Shown one piece after another: positions 23,539 through 37,294 of a stretch of DNA of 64,000 nucleotides (position 1 is the first letter of the stretch; each line of letters opens with the position of its first letter). The notes below the pieces were generated by a model. The model ran no database searches. It was not told the DNA's origin and worked only from the letters and a program-made list of their open reading frames with translations. Source of the stretch: Cenococcum geophilum (taxonomy: Eukaryota); contig CP158635.1 of NCBI GenBank assembly GCA_050273025.1, positions 5,394,001-5,458,000 on the forward strand, read 5' to 3'. The position numbers and the translations under genes are program-made.

Positions 23539-26500
23539 ATGCCGGCAGTGCCAGAACCACCAACGGATCAGCAAAGCAAGGCGAAACCATTTGCAGCCCG
23601 CCTCCGACTGGCTCTTGCACCATGGACTGTTCATTTCAAGTCCCCTGGATATATTCGGGATGATACGATGCATATGCTGGAGGTGACAGTATGCAAGAAT
23701 ACACTTGAAGAAACGAGGAAGAACCCAGAGGTTCGGTAAGTAGCTTCTATCTTAGAGCTAAATATTACTGGTTAGTCTCTATATAGACGGTTTCTAAATA
23801 TAGGCAGAGAAGAGATAGGTACAGATTCTCTGGTCTGGAAAGAGCTTGGTGAGCTCCTCGAAGCTGCCGTTCCTTCGCTCGAAAGGCGATGCTTTGCAGT
23901 CCCCGAACCTGCTACACCAGAATACGAAGGCCTCTCTGGCCCGCTAATTGCATCACATTCCTCAAGCCTCCTCAAGGATCTTGAGCGGCTGAATAAAATG
24001 GGTTCAATAGCTCGAAACGTGCTCACAACAGGAGACAAGACACAAAACCTTGCTGCTAAGTCACAATTTGATCAAGAAGTGTTCAAGCTTATAAGCGTTT
24101 GTGTTAAGGTTACCGCTCGTGGTTATGATGGGGAAGCTGGGACAGCAGATGAGGACAAATGGCAGGCAGTGATAAATTCTTGTAGGTTTATTTTGTCTCC
24201 ACAATTGATGTGTGCTTTACTGAACACGATCGACTGTATAGTCAAGAAGCTCTTGATCACTTGTCTTCAATTCTTGAACAATCTTGTGGCGCGGAACGAA
24301 CGGCGAAAATTGATGCTTTGGGTTGAACTTTTTGATAGCTCAACTGACAGCGTTCTCCCCCACAATCCTAGCGACCTGACCAGCAGACCTGAATTTTGGC
24401 CCCGACTTAACGAAGACTCGGGAATTCCTCTAACAAAGTCGTCGGGGCAGCAGGATAAGAATGATCCTGCCTGGCCAGATATACCGCCCAAGCCAGCCCA
24501 GCAACCAGTTTCATCTCCGTTCCTTCTATATATCAGTAAAATGGGAATAGAAGTAAAACGTGATCTTGTCGAGAAAGGCGAGAAAGGCGGGGCAACTGAA
24601 ATTGCAGCTGAATGCAAGAAACGGTGGCAATCTATGGCAGAAGAAGAAAAAAATGTAAGTTGTAGTTCCGGAGATTGAATACATACCAATTTGGGGGGAA
24701 ATACAGATTCTAACAGTTTTAGAAATGGAACATATTATACGCTGATATCATCGCCAAGTATCGCGATGAATTGACCGCCTCTAGCGCGTATAGAACTGTT
24801 GTCGACCAGCATGCGAAGAATGAGGAGAATGTCCAAGCTCTTGCGCGAAGCATTAACCAACTTCAGATCGAGGTAGATCGGATGCGCAAGTCCGTCATTG
24901 CTTCCTCTAAAGCCGCTGCAGAGGCCGAGAGCAAGTCCCAAAGCGCTTTAGAGGAGAAGAATAAAGGGCTTTCCTTGTCGCCTCTCAAAGAGGTTCACCC
25001 TTACATTCCGATAACTGCGGAGATACCGGATGCCCCGCCTGCCGGCGAAGCAGATTTTCGAATGACGTACCCTGCTTCATATGGTGCCGAAATACTTCAG
25101 CAAGGAAAAGATGACCTCATGAAACGTCTTGAGACATATTCGGAAAGACCATCTGTTGCCCAAGTTAGCCATGTCGCCTCGCCATCGTCACCCGTTATAT
25201 CACCAGCATCTCCTACAGCAGTCAATACAGCTGATGAAGGGCCTGAAGATGGGAGTGAAGGCGAAGACAGTGAAGACAACGACTACGTTGTTCCAGGAGA
25301 CGATGGCCGCGGCTTGCTCACCGATGTTCCACTGATTCTAGGTCCAACTGAAATTGAAGTTCTCCCAATGATCATTATGTCCGGCATCGTCCCACCCGGA
25401 GAAGGGTCTGTCGGTTATGGTTCTACTCCTGATGAGGTTATTGCCATTAGGAATATGCATACTGTACGATGTCACCTACTTCTAGCACAAGACAACGGAA
25501 GGAACCTGTTACGAGAGCTCCTCATATTCGTCGCTGCTTGGGATCTTCGGGAAGAGGAGCTGTACTTCAAGTTCATGGTTAAGATTATGGAAGCCATTCT
25601 TACTAACGGCCTAATGCCATTCTCTTATCACGCATTTAGGGAGTAATGCAACCCAACCCAAGCAAGTGACTCCAGGTTGCCATTTACTAACCGCTTTGCA
25701 GATCCAAGGACATTATCTCACCTGCTCAGGCAGTCATTATGAAACTTCTTACCAACATCTTCCGCGCACGGCAGTCCTCACAAATTTTGCAAAACTTCTC
25801 CAAAGACGTAATCAAAGAGTTAGGGAAAGATAGCACAGAAAATTATCCTATGCGCGTGGACGTTCATATGGTCAATTTCTTATTGACTGAGTTCAGACGT
25901 CATATAATCCCTCAAACATGCGCCTTAATATTCTTACAAGGCCAAATTCGAGCCGGCCATGCACATCCAGAGGACTTCCCACTTAATCTCTGGGACATGG
26001 AAAGGATGTACGAAGGTGTTTATCAATACCTCGAATTCTTTGCCATCTTGACGGAACATGATGTATGGAAGAAGATGATGGCCGATTGGGAAATCACCAG
26101 TGAACTGGTTACTCTCTTAAAGGAGCTGGACGCCGCCATACCGAAGGGTCAAATACCAGCTGCTCCGCTAACTCCTGCGCCCAATCTTAATGATACTCGG
26201 AATACCAATCCCGAGGGCAGTCCAAGCACACACGATACAGACAAAACAAACCAACCTTCCACCGACACTCTTCCTGTTGCCGTCGAGCGGCCATACGACA
26301 TTGTAAGGCCGGAAGGTTCAAATGCAATAAATTCAATGCCTCCGGAGACATTTATGCCAGAACCGAGACCTTTTATCGACGAATCCCAAGATGAACCTTC
26401 TGATTTCGAGTGGCGCAATTTAAAGAAGCTTGCTGTACTTGTTCTCTCATCCTTGGTGTGGAAATCTCGCAAAGTACAAGATCAGGTGCGGCCACTTGGT

Positions 26501-26923
26501 GGCATCGAAGCCATCCTGAACTGCTGTGCTTATGACGAGCACAATCCATACATTCGCGAACATGCTATCATGTGCTTGCGATTCCTGATGGAAGGTAACC
26601 GCGAGAACCAGGATGTCATTCGGGAGCTAGAACCTAAGGGCGCGGTACCCAACGAGGTGCTCGATCAACATGGATACGAGACATATATGGACTCTAAGGG
26701 GCAGGTACTGCTTAGGAGAAAAGAGGTTGTAAAGTCTGCTACAGGGGCCGGGACAGCATTATCAAAGCAACATGCCGTCAAACCCAAGGATCCGAGAGAC
26801 CTGGAAGTTCTTGTTCAGCAGGTGATGAGAGAACTCCCAACAAGAGTCCATGGCGCCAAATTTGATGCTGAGAAGGCGGCTGCACTGGCAAAGCTGGATA
26901 AAACCTTTGATGGCCGTGGATGA
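23539..26923 (+). CDS. CTR86: Ataxin-10 homologue / Ctr86 (multi-exon) with an internal HMG-box-like segment
   Basis: C-terminal LSSLVWKSRKVQDQVRPLGGIEAILNCCAYDEHNPYIREHAIMCLRFLMEGNRENQ (Atx10-associated motif). GT-AG introns near 23736, 24182, 24655-24722 and 25643. Confidence 0.85.
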
Positions 26924-27918
26924 AGACGTTACATCTGTCAATTACATTGGCGGTTTAATGATATTTGTCATAGTTTAGTTTCGAATGATATGTCGTCAAA
27001 GCTTATGACACAGCCGGTTTCATCCTAATATTTTCGGTAACGGAAGACTACCGTCCATGTATCCACTGAACACTGCATTATCCTCTCTACAAGGGCATGT
27101 CCAAGGTGTATTCGTTTGGAAACGGGCCTGAAACCCTTACTGTTGTGGATCTAGCAGGCTCAATCATTGACCCTGCTGGTAGATGCATACTTTTAGTACA
27201 TGACCAACGGCACTTCGGTCGAGAACTTCACGCATGGTCTGGAATATACCGTTCGTTTGCAGCGTCTATCACATCACCAACACTCAACTTATGCTCCATG
27301 CGCTTAATCCACGACTTCAACGGTCCGGTTATTCGGCATTGCAACAACACATCAGGAATCTCAAATCATGGAGAGGATATTTAGGCAGGGATAAATCAGC
27401 TGAAGGTCAGCGAAGCAATTTTGTTCGCCCATACACCCATGATCCATGTCGAAGAGAATGAGACCCGCGATATCAATATGCTTCAAATGGATTACCTCGA
27501 ATATGGGGATCGGCCACGGTTGACCAGGGATGGGGAGAAAAGTTTTCAGGCCAATCGACAACCAGTTCCCTATCCATAGTGTTGAGTTGATGTACTTGCG
27601 GCTCAAAGCTAGCGCTATCTTATGCTGGGAAATTTCTGGATACATGGGACAACGCAATACTACATATTAGTAGTTTACAACCCCCAAAAAACCAGCTAGC
27701 CCCCGAATTGAGAAGGATTTTGAGTTAGCAAGCCTTATGACCCATAGCAAATCGAACCAAGTATATACGCGATACTCCAGACCCTTAAGTAGTATTCAAT
27801 GCAGGGCTACCCAATACAATCAACATTCACAACATCTGAGGCTATCATCAAAGCTTCTTAACCGAGCTAAAGACTCCCTAGTAAATCATCTAAATATTCA
27901 GGTTGTTGCCTCTTCAGC

Positions 27919-28840
27919 CTACAACCCTCTTGTTTCATGAGTGCCTTGATATCCCGTATCGTAGTTGAACTGTTCTTCTGGGACTGTATATCCCGTCGCC
28001 CCTAATGTATGTGCTGGCTGAGAGCTAAAAGGTTTTTGCGTCTCATACGGTAATGGATCAAGGCCAGGAACAGAGTTGGGGGCATCAAAAGCCGTTTTTT
28101 CATCAATGTTTTGCATTTGGTTGTATTTTCCGCGGGTGGTAGCACGACGGAAAACGAATACGTCTAGGAGCGCAGCTGCAAAAGTGGAGACGCTGTTTTT
28201 TGCGAGTGGTCAATTAGTAAGAGTTCTATATGCATTGTATGTCCTGCTGCATAGCCGAGGGAATAGATATGAAGGCATAAAATAGACTGAACTTAAAGGG
28301 GTAGAGTGAACATACAATCCAAGCAGGGTGAAGGCAAATAAAGCCTTGTAAATCCTGCAAACCATGATGCCAGTCTCATCCTCCCAATTTGACTTATTAC
28401 ACACATGCGACAACGTACCACTGCTCCACCAGCTCAACAGCGCAAAGCCGACAGACCAGAGTACAAGGAGGCATCCGTTGAGGCAAACGTTCAGGCGGGG
28501 ATTAAGTCCACAGCAGCAGTGGAGCACAATAGTTGTCGACAGAGATAGAATAGTTAGGAGAGATACAGCAAGTAACTGTTACGAGGAATCAGTCAGTGAT
28601 ATCTGCTCTTCGCTGGCTAATACCTCATGTCTCAGACACATTGCCCATCCGAGGCTCCCAGATATGATCGATACTTACAAGAATGAATGTCCAAGGCAGA
28701 TGATAGTGATCATGCGTGAGGTGCCAGAGGAAGTACAACATTATCGATGCGACGATGAGGGCAGAGACCAGCTGTGCACTACGGAGAAGATGGAATGGTA
28801 CGAAGGGGTAATGAGTTGGCTTGACCTTATCTCGCGCCAT
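27919..28840 (-). CDS. MARVEL-like four-TM membrane protein (3 exons)
   Basis: Hydrophobic segments LRSAQLVSALIVASIMLYF, WTFIL|LLAVS.., LWSVGFALLSWW and C...W...C.IYKALFAFTLLG, with GT-AG introns. Confidence 0.75.
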
Positions 28841-29388
28841 GATGTCGGCGATGTATCAGGGTCTAATGTACGCAGGATATAGGTAGACTACTTAATGGAA
28901 ATGGATATCAGTAGCTGGGTGTAATGAGCGACGATGTTGAATTTTATCGTGGGTGTCAGGGGATGTTGCGACCGCTGCATCCCATTCAGCTGAACTTGGC
29001 ACCCTTTTTGGGGTCGTTTTGAAACGCCTTTTAATACAAACGCGGAGTTTCGCGACCGTAATAGGCTGCACCTTCTTAAGACCGTAACAGGAGCGGCAGG
29101 CTGGCAGTTATTCGCACGCTATCCTACGGCTATTAATCCTCCCGTCTCTAGTAGTAGATCTGACACTGGCGATAGAACCATGTCAATGCCAAGTTCTCTG
29201 GTGCTCACTCAGCAACTCCCAATTATTGGGTTGATTACAAAAATCGCGATATTTAGTCCTCGACGCATCACCACCTGTATTTTATAGCTTCGACGTCCTA
29301 GAATACACGGATACGCATTGCACTTCAACGATATAGGTTTAAGGAGACACCACAAGTATTGGAAAAACCACTGTTTATCATTATTATC

Positions 29389-31261
29389 ATGGCCTTTTCA
29401 ATCGCTCTACCATGGTCCTCGGGGGAAGAAAAGATGCATCAACTAATGAGCGTGCCAGAACATGACAATCCGACCTCTTCCATGTTGACACCTCAAGCAA
29501 GTTTCATGCTACAAAGAGCGCCTCTCCTAGCCATCGGAACGGTCGATGACCAAGGGCAACCCTGGACAACCATATGGGGTGGAGAATCCGGATTTTCTCA
29601 ACCCTTAGGGTCTTCTATTATTGGCATCCGAACATTGGTCGATAGGAAGTATGACCCTGTGGTCCAAAGTCTGATAGAAGGCCGAGACGATGGCGAAGTT
29701 GTAAAGGGAGAAGGGCTCGGAAAGATGGTGAGCGGGCTGGCCATCGACCTAATGACTAGGAAAAGGGTCAAAATTTACGGGCGGATGATTGCAGCGGCTC
29801 TATCACAGATTTCAGAAGATGAAGATAAAGAAGAGATGCACCAAGAATCAGATACATCTGCTCAGGGCCAGGTGCAGCTCGTTGTTAGGATTGAGCAAAG
29901 TCTAGGTAAGAGCAGTCCATGGCAATTAAGGCAAATGTTGACAGAAAGGAGGCAACTGCCCTAAATATCTTAATAAAAAAGACATTCGTCCTGCCGCGAT
30001 ATCATCCATACTCTTATCCAAGTCACCAAAACTCTCCCCGGAGGCTTTGAAGCTCTTGGAAAAGGCAGATATGTTCTTTATATCCAGCTGTAACTCTGAG
30101 TACGATATGGACACAAATCACCGAGGCGGCCCCCAGGGCTTCGTGAGAGTCTTTTCAAACGATGAAGCTGGTTCCGAACTAGTATATCCAGAGTATAGCG
30201 GTAATCGTCTATACCAAACATTAGGTAATCTACAAACAAATCCAGTGGCAGGGCTTGTATTTCCAGACTTCGAAACTGGCGACGTGCTCTATGTCACAGG
30301 AACTGTGAAGATTCTTATTGGACTCGAAGCCGCTGCAATTTTACCTCATTCTAACTTGGCTCTTAAAATTAAATTGGCGGAGGCACGCTATGTGCAAAAA
30401 GGGCTGCCTTTCCGAGGAATTGCAGGCGAGCCTTCCCCATACAATCCAAATATTCGTCTCCTTGCGGAGGAAGGTAGTCTTGGAGCAGCTTTGAGCCAAA
30501 CTCTGCCAAACACAGCAAGACTAATTCAGAAAACCCAGATTACCCCTTCAATATGCCGGTTTCGGTTCAGAGTGACTAACCCACTTCCGTATAAGGCTGG
30601 ACAATGGGTAGCGATGGATTTTTCTTGGAAACTTGACATTGGATACGGTCATATGCGCGACGAAGACCCGCGAAGTCTAAATGATGATTTTATTCGGACC
30701 TTTACAATCTCATCGTCGCCGACATCTCTATCACATGATGAGTTTGAAATAACCATCAGGAGAGTAGGGCCAGTCACATCTTTTCTCTTTCAGCAGAGTG
30801 AGCGGTCCGGTCTCGAGGTGCCCCTACGAGGTGTAGGAGGTGATTTCATCATCCAGCAAGATAATGGCTCCGAAGTCACCATTCCTTATATTGCCGGTGG
30901 CGTCGGTATTACTCCGCTCCTCGGACAACTACCGAACCTACGTCTGGAACGCTTACACTTGCTCTGGACAATTCGAGCTGACGATCTGGAATTGGTTGTT
31001 GACACGCTAAAAAATCATTCCGGATTAGAATCTTCAGCAACAATATTTGTCACAGGCTGCGACCCTGAGCATATTACTGAGAATGTATTGGAAGGCTTAG
31101 GACGCCTGGGAACGAAGTACAAGATTAGAAGGATGCTGAAGGAAGATTTGAATGTTTTGGAAGCCAAGACTTGGTATTTGTGTGCGGGAAAAGGATTACG
31201 AGAGGCTCTCCTAAAGTGGTTTAATAATCGCAATGTCGTGTATGAGGACTTTGATTTTTGA
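29389..31261 (+). CDS. FAD-binding oxidoreductase (PNPOx-like N-terminal domains plus FNR-like C-terminus), 2 exons
   Basis: EQSL|GNCPKYLN across the intron, MDTNHRGGPQGFVR, YSGNRLYQTLGNL, RTFTISS, IAGGVGITPLL and YLCAG. Confidence 0.88.
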
Positions 31262-31849
31262 ATACTAGAAGTAGTACTATTGTCCCCTTTATTCATCGTC
31301 AGGTAAACCAAATTTCAAGGTCAACTCTTTAAATAGCCCATAGTCCTTGCTTCTGCTAAAATGCGAAGCGATTAGTAGACTCCGCGACCACTCCCACAGC
31401 AAAAGAACAATAATTACCTAAGGTTTGCCCCACGAACAATCCTCGCACACCTTCGTTTGCCTTTACAAGCCATATACGCCTCTCCCTATACACCTCCTTT
31501 TATGACCATAGTAGATGCCTTACGAAAGCATGGACAAGCCGGATAAGGCCACATACAAATGTGCTTCAGGAATAGACTGTAATAAGGCAGAGAAAATGGG
31601 GATAACGCTGAGCCGGTATGATTATTCACGGTTAGGAATTGAGGAATCCTTAGGTATCGGAGGTCGGGGTTAGGCTTGGCATAACCTCGGGTTACGCACG
31701 ACCCCCCAAGGTCCGCGACATATCGTCCACATATCACCCCCCCCCTTTGGTGGTAGCCCCTACTTTTCGGACGCGTTTTTGAGGCCTAGGTTAGTACTAG
31801 GTTAGTATAGAGGTGGTTACAGGTCGGCCAGACCACGCTAAAAGGTCGG

Positions 31850-33140
31850 CCTACTATAAGCGCTAATGAACAATCCCTATATAGGGTAGCCTTAACTTAA
31901 AATATAAAGTTATATAGTTAACTAAGCCTAAATCGCTTATTCTACCATATAACTTACCTTTTAATTAAAATTATATTTTAAAGTTAAATATAGCTATAAA
32001 ATTAAATTAAGTTTCTAATATATTTTAATTTAATTTTAAATATATATAATCTAAAGTTCTTTTTATTATATTTATAATTAAGAATTATTTAAAAATCTTT
32101 AGGTATTAAATAAGGCCGCCACTAATCATACACCCCCTAAATGATACACGTACACCCCCTACCTCATATGGTTTGGACGCTTCCTCATTAAGTTAGAACA
32201 TCACGTGCGTTTGACTTATTTGCGCCTGCATCGCGAAAATCAAAAGTGCGACCGCGACACCACGATTAAGTCTTAATTTTAGTTATAGTACAAGTAGCAG
32301 AGTCTAAATTAGATTACGCAGTGCTATGTGAGGCGTTACGCGAATTAATTTAGGTGCTGCTACCTCTGTTTAATGTCTGTAAGCTGCCTCCGCGCCCACA
32401 CCCGCGCCCCCGCCCGCGCTCGCGCGTGCGCCCGGTAGGAGTCTAGCCAGTATTTCACTCAAATACTAAGGGCTCTCTACGAGTAAATCCGTTGACGCGA
32501 TTAATAATTATAGAGCTAGTTATAGAGCCAATTGGCCGACCGCGGCGACGCTCTACAATTATAGGCTCTTAGGTGTGAAGTTAAGGTATTAATTTGGATG
32601 GGCGCGTACTTTGATTTTCGTGATGCAGGCGCGCACAAGTCAAACGCACGTGATATTCTAACTTAATGAGGAAGCGTCCAAACCAAATGAGGTATGGGGT
32701 GTATGCGTATCAATTGGGGGGTGTACGTATATCATTTAGGGGGTGTATAATTAGTGGCGGCCTTAAATAAAAGTTATATTTATTATATTAATTTAAAAAG
32801 TATAAATATTTTAAAAAAAATTATATAAATAAGTTAATAATATTTATAATTAGTTTATAATATATTTAAATATAATATAAACTAAATAGGTATAGAACTA
32901 GTTTTAAATATATTTAGTACTAAATTAGTATATATTAGCTTATTTTTAATAACTTAAAAATAATTAATAAAAATAGGTTATTAATATTAGGTATAATAAA
33001 GCTATTATTTAAATATATATTAATTATTATAAATAACTAGTTATAATATGTTTAGAATATATTTAATATATATAAATAATAATTAAAAAAAAAAAAAAAA
33101 ACCTATAAAAATTAATTAAGTTTCTAATATACTTTAATAT
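31850..33140. repeat. Extremely AT-rich, RIP-eroded repeat relic hosting a MITE
   Basis: Near-absence of C/G with TpA excess, and a sharp boundary at 33140. Confidence 0.6.
32114..32762. mobile_element. MITE / non-autonomous TIR element (~650 bp)
   Basis: Long imperfect TIRs (~135 bp left, ~155 bp right), GGCCGCCACTAAT..., flanked by the direct repeat TTAAATAA (32106-32113, 32763-32770). An alternative reading is a TA TSD with ends at 32113/32763. Confidence 0.8.
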
Positions 33141-33399
33141 CAGACGTTCTGCCAAAGGTGAAGACCAAAATAGCTTAGTGCGCGGTTGAACCTCGGAAGA
33201 AGTTTTGGGTTCAAGATAAGTCAGGTTGGAGTCGTATGACAGGCTTGAAGCCTCTGTATCGTGCGTAGCTTCGTTTCATCATTCGCGCTGCTTGCGAGAA
33301 TGCGTCCCGGCCTGTGCACGGAAGATGTGTTTTACGGGGACCACCAGGGAAATACCTCTTTCTTCTATTGGCTATAGGCTCTGAGGGCCACCTGATATG

Positions 33400-35323
33400 G
33401 CGTAATAGAGCTGCGGCTTGTGACAGCAAAGGTCAAGCAGGCTCTGCTGAATGCGAGATTGCATGCTGGGGCATCAAAGGTCCTCTAGGCATCAAAAGTC
33501 CGACTTTTGGCTTCGAACCACAGGAACCCTGCGAAAAATTCAGAGCCCAAAAGTTCCTTTGGGTCCCGTGTATGGCGCTTCCGTTGATTGGTTCAACAAA
33601 AGCCCCCATATGTTCCGTCGCCATTATCCTCATGACGTCTGTTAATTATCGGTTTTCATTGAGATATAAAGAGCGAATGGTAGCCTTGTGGGCGTCCCAA
33701 TTAAGTTTCGTAACGGCGGCCGTGGGAAAAGATTCCGCTGGTAATTTTATGGATTGCGATGAGAATGCAGCATTTGCGGTCTCGGGAGGAGAGGAGTATA
33801 AATATGTTGTCCTGACCTTAACGGGAGGTTAATTGGGTTGCGCCCGTATCCTAGCCGAATGTCATTGGTTCTTGCTAGAGTCTTTTGAAAGCCGAGCAGG
33901 GGTCTCCCGGCCCCTTCGTTATTGGCTGTTCGATAACACAGTGCTGATACTCGCCACCGCGGTTCTTCTTGGCGAGAGACTTGCGGCCGTGTCACGGTGA
34001 CCCTCTCATCTTCTCCTTCCTGAGGCATCTTCCTCTTCACTCCTTGCTTCACAGCTTGCATCACTCTTGCTTCACTTCTTGCACCGCTTCCTTAAGGCGA
34101 GGCATATAATTCATTACGATACTAAACGACCACGCAACAATTCATGAGCGCCTTCATCCTTCGCTCCCCTTCAACTTTGGAAAACTACGTTGCGATGCTT
34201 CTCAAACGTCGCTCTCAGCCTTCGTCCAGCGGCCCAACACTTTCCACGCAATCCGTTCTCTGGATATCATACCTATTTTCCAAACACACACACGTGCTCG
34301 CAAATGTTCCCAGACGTTGGAGCGAGGACTAGTTGATGGACTTAGTGACTGTCCTCGTTTTGAGGCGTTTTGGGCCCGTCGAAAGACACAGCAGCATCAG
34401 TCGCTCTGTTGCGGATCCACATCAGCTCTTCGGCCCACTCCTCCTGTTCCAGTGACATTTGAATGTTCGTCTTTTCATATTCCTCTTGGAACCATGCTGC
34501 GAGGTCTCTCATCTCTCTGACTTTAATGGCATCCGAGGATTCTAACTGCATTTTCTCGACTCCGGAAGCGATCGAGCGAGCAGCTACAGGCTGAGATGGT
34601 CCATGTCGATGACATCCATCACCCTTTTTAAAGCCATCGGACAGCTCCCTGTCCACAAAAGCCAAAGTGCATGAACCGCATAGGTCACTGCGCTCGAACG
34701 GACACTTGATGCCCTCCCGCTGCTTGGCCAAATCCTGGTGCTGGCCTCTGAATGCTTCTGCTCCACCTCCGACTTGTACACTCCCGGTATCAATACCGGA
34801 TTCAACTGTCTCTGCATCGCCGATACCAGCAAAGGCGCCTGATTCGACGTCACAGCTCTCGTGTACTATAGGGTAGTCAGCTACGTTTGCACGCTTATCC
34901 AGTAGTTGGAGCTTTCCGACTGTTGAACGACCCTACAAGGCTTTATCCTGCGTAGGTCTTCCGTCAACTCATCGTGTCCAGGTTCCTTCCAAATCCGAAG
35001 AGTCGTGGCATGACCCGTTCAAGACAGTGTTGTCTAACCGGACCACGAAATTGAATGCACAAGCTCATCTCCACTAACTCTACGCTTAGTCACTTACAAA
35101 TTTTACCACTGTAACGTCTCATAAGTGCAGTTGCAAGAACAATTACAGCGACGACGGTTGCCGGAATAGCCAGCAGTAACGCGACAAGCTCAGTAACATC
35201 ACTTCTGGACCAGCTTGAGGCGTTGTTCGTATGGATGTTGTCGCCCGTAATTGCTGCATTGATCAGCACTAAGTCAACACTAATTAACTGGAAAGCAGGA
35301 AGGCCCCCATCTAGTGCCATCAT
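33400..35323 (-). pseudogene. Possible decayed gene (fragmented ORFs, one TM-like segment)
   Basis: Several short minus-strand ORFs in different frames, a GTAAGT donor near 35097, and a G*ERRLRSIAT*F fragment. The family is not recognised. Confidence 0.25.
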
Positions 35324-36418
35324 GGACGACGTAGCTATCAGCCTCCTAACAAACACTCACGCTGAACCAGCAAGATCATTCCGAGCCAGAATTGTATCCA
35401 TTTACCGTGCGGGTCACCCAAAACATCGAGCTGGGACATTTTGTGTACACTTGAAGGCCCTTCTGCATATGAATGGATCTAGGGGGGCTTCGACTGCAAA
35501 TATTGAATCACACCAGGGTCAGCGAAGTCTTCGACAAGGACCCTGCGACGTCGCCGAGGGCAACCTCAATTCTTGGACTTACGCCTCCTTGAAACGGTTC
35601 CTCGATTGGAATATTTTATAGTATAATTTGCTATCCGTGGATATACTGGCGGTGATCATTACCGGCCCTAGGTTGGCGAACCTGGAGCTGGCGAAAGGAG
35701 CACGGTATCCGGAGGTCTTGGCATAAATCGCCCAAGCCACTCTGTTGTATCCCACAGAATTTTCATGCCACGCACAAAGCAGCTTTTCCAACCTTTTAGC
35801 CCTAATACTTTGGTATTTTCCGGCTCATCACACTCTGACTCGGGCACAGATTGAAAAACTTCCTATCATTCCACTACGTTTTGGCAGAGCTCAACAACGT
35901 TTTACCAGCCGTCCCGAGTCCACCACGTTTGCCCCCCGGCCCAAGCATTAATTCCGGTTGAACACTGGGAATAAGAACACTTCAATGACGTAAAGGGACC
36001 GAATAAAACTCAAACCTTCCTGGGATGAGATTTGGACTACATACTGCGTATACTGAGCGAGGAGAGGGCAAGCCAGCAAGGCTGCGGAGGGCAATTGGCC
36101 AGCTGTTGCTGCTGTTGATCGCAAAATCTCATAGCACAGAGGGCCAGTTTCGATGCGGATGCGTCAGCTTCCTGGCTCAATGTCACGTTTGGAGCGTTAA
36201 TCCTGTATTATTGTAATTATGGATGCACTGAAAATACTAATTTATTGTTTAATTGATTATAACCTTGAGAACTATGTACCAGTTCCGATTGCTGCACTCT
36301 GCTTGCGCTTCTCGTCAACATCAATTGATGAGCAGTCTGCTTCGCCTCCCCGAGCTCACAAGCATCTTTCGCGCATTGAGGGATTGTGTTTTTCATTTGT
36401 CGTTTGCAAAATGAATTA

Positions 36419-37294
36419 CTGCCATTTCGGAAATATCGGGAACTCGCTTAGAGCGACGACGTCGCGCATCCACCCCACCATCAAAATAATATACCCCCTA
36501 TAGCCCTACCAATATAGCTCTAATATATATAAATAAGGGCTTATTTTATAACTCTATTTTAAGGCTATAAAATAAGGTTATATTTATATAATTTAAAGCC
36601 AAATTGGTAGAGCTATAGGGGGTGCTCGTTTTTGGGGGCAGAGGGGCTAGATTAGTCAGCGCAGAGCCTCAATTTAAGTTTTACGGCCACCCCCTATAGC
36701 CCCACTAATATAGCTCTATATTTAATAAATAAAGACCTGTTTTATAGCCCTAGAATAGAGCTATAAAATGGGCCTCTATTTATAAAATATAGAGCTATAT
36801 TGGTGGGGCTATAGGGGGTATACTGCCGTTTTGGAAATATTAGTAAAAATCGCCAAGCCGCAGCAACACATTACCCTCTTACTAAAACAATCCACCCTAT
36901 ATATTTCCACCAATATTAATCCAATTTTTATATATAGAGGCCCATTTTATAGCTCTATTCTAGGGCTATAAAACAGGTCTTTATTTATTAAATATAGAGC
37001 TATATTAGTGGGGCTATAGGGGGTGGCCGTAAAACTTAAATTGAGGCTCTGCGCTGACTAATCCAGCCCCTCTCCCCCCAAAAACGAGCACCCCCTATAG
37101 CTCTACCAATTTGGCTCCAATTTATATAAATAAGGGCTTATTTTATAACTCTACTTTAAGGCTATAAAATAAGGTTTTATTTATATAAATTGGAGCCATA
37201 TTGGTAGGGCTATAGGGGGTATATTGTTTTGATGGTGGGGTGGATGCGCGACGTCGTCGCTCTAAGCGAGTTCCCGATATTTCCGAAATGGCAG
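36419..37294. mobile_element. Foldback-type non-autonomous element with TA TSD
   Basis: Termini CTGCCATTTCGGAAATATCGGG / CCCGATATTTCCGAAATGGCAG, flanked by TA (36417-18, 37295-96). The ~400-bp arms are inverted copies of each other. Confidence 0.8.
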
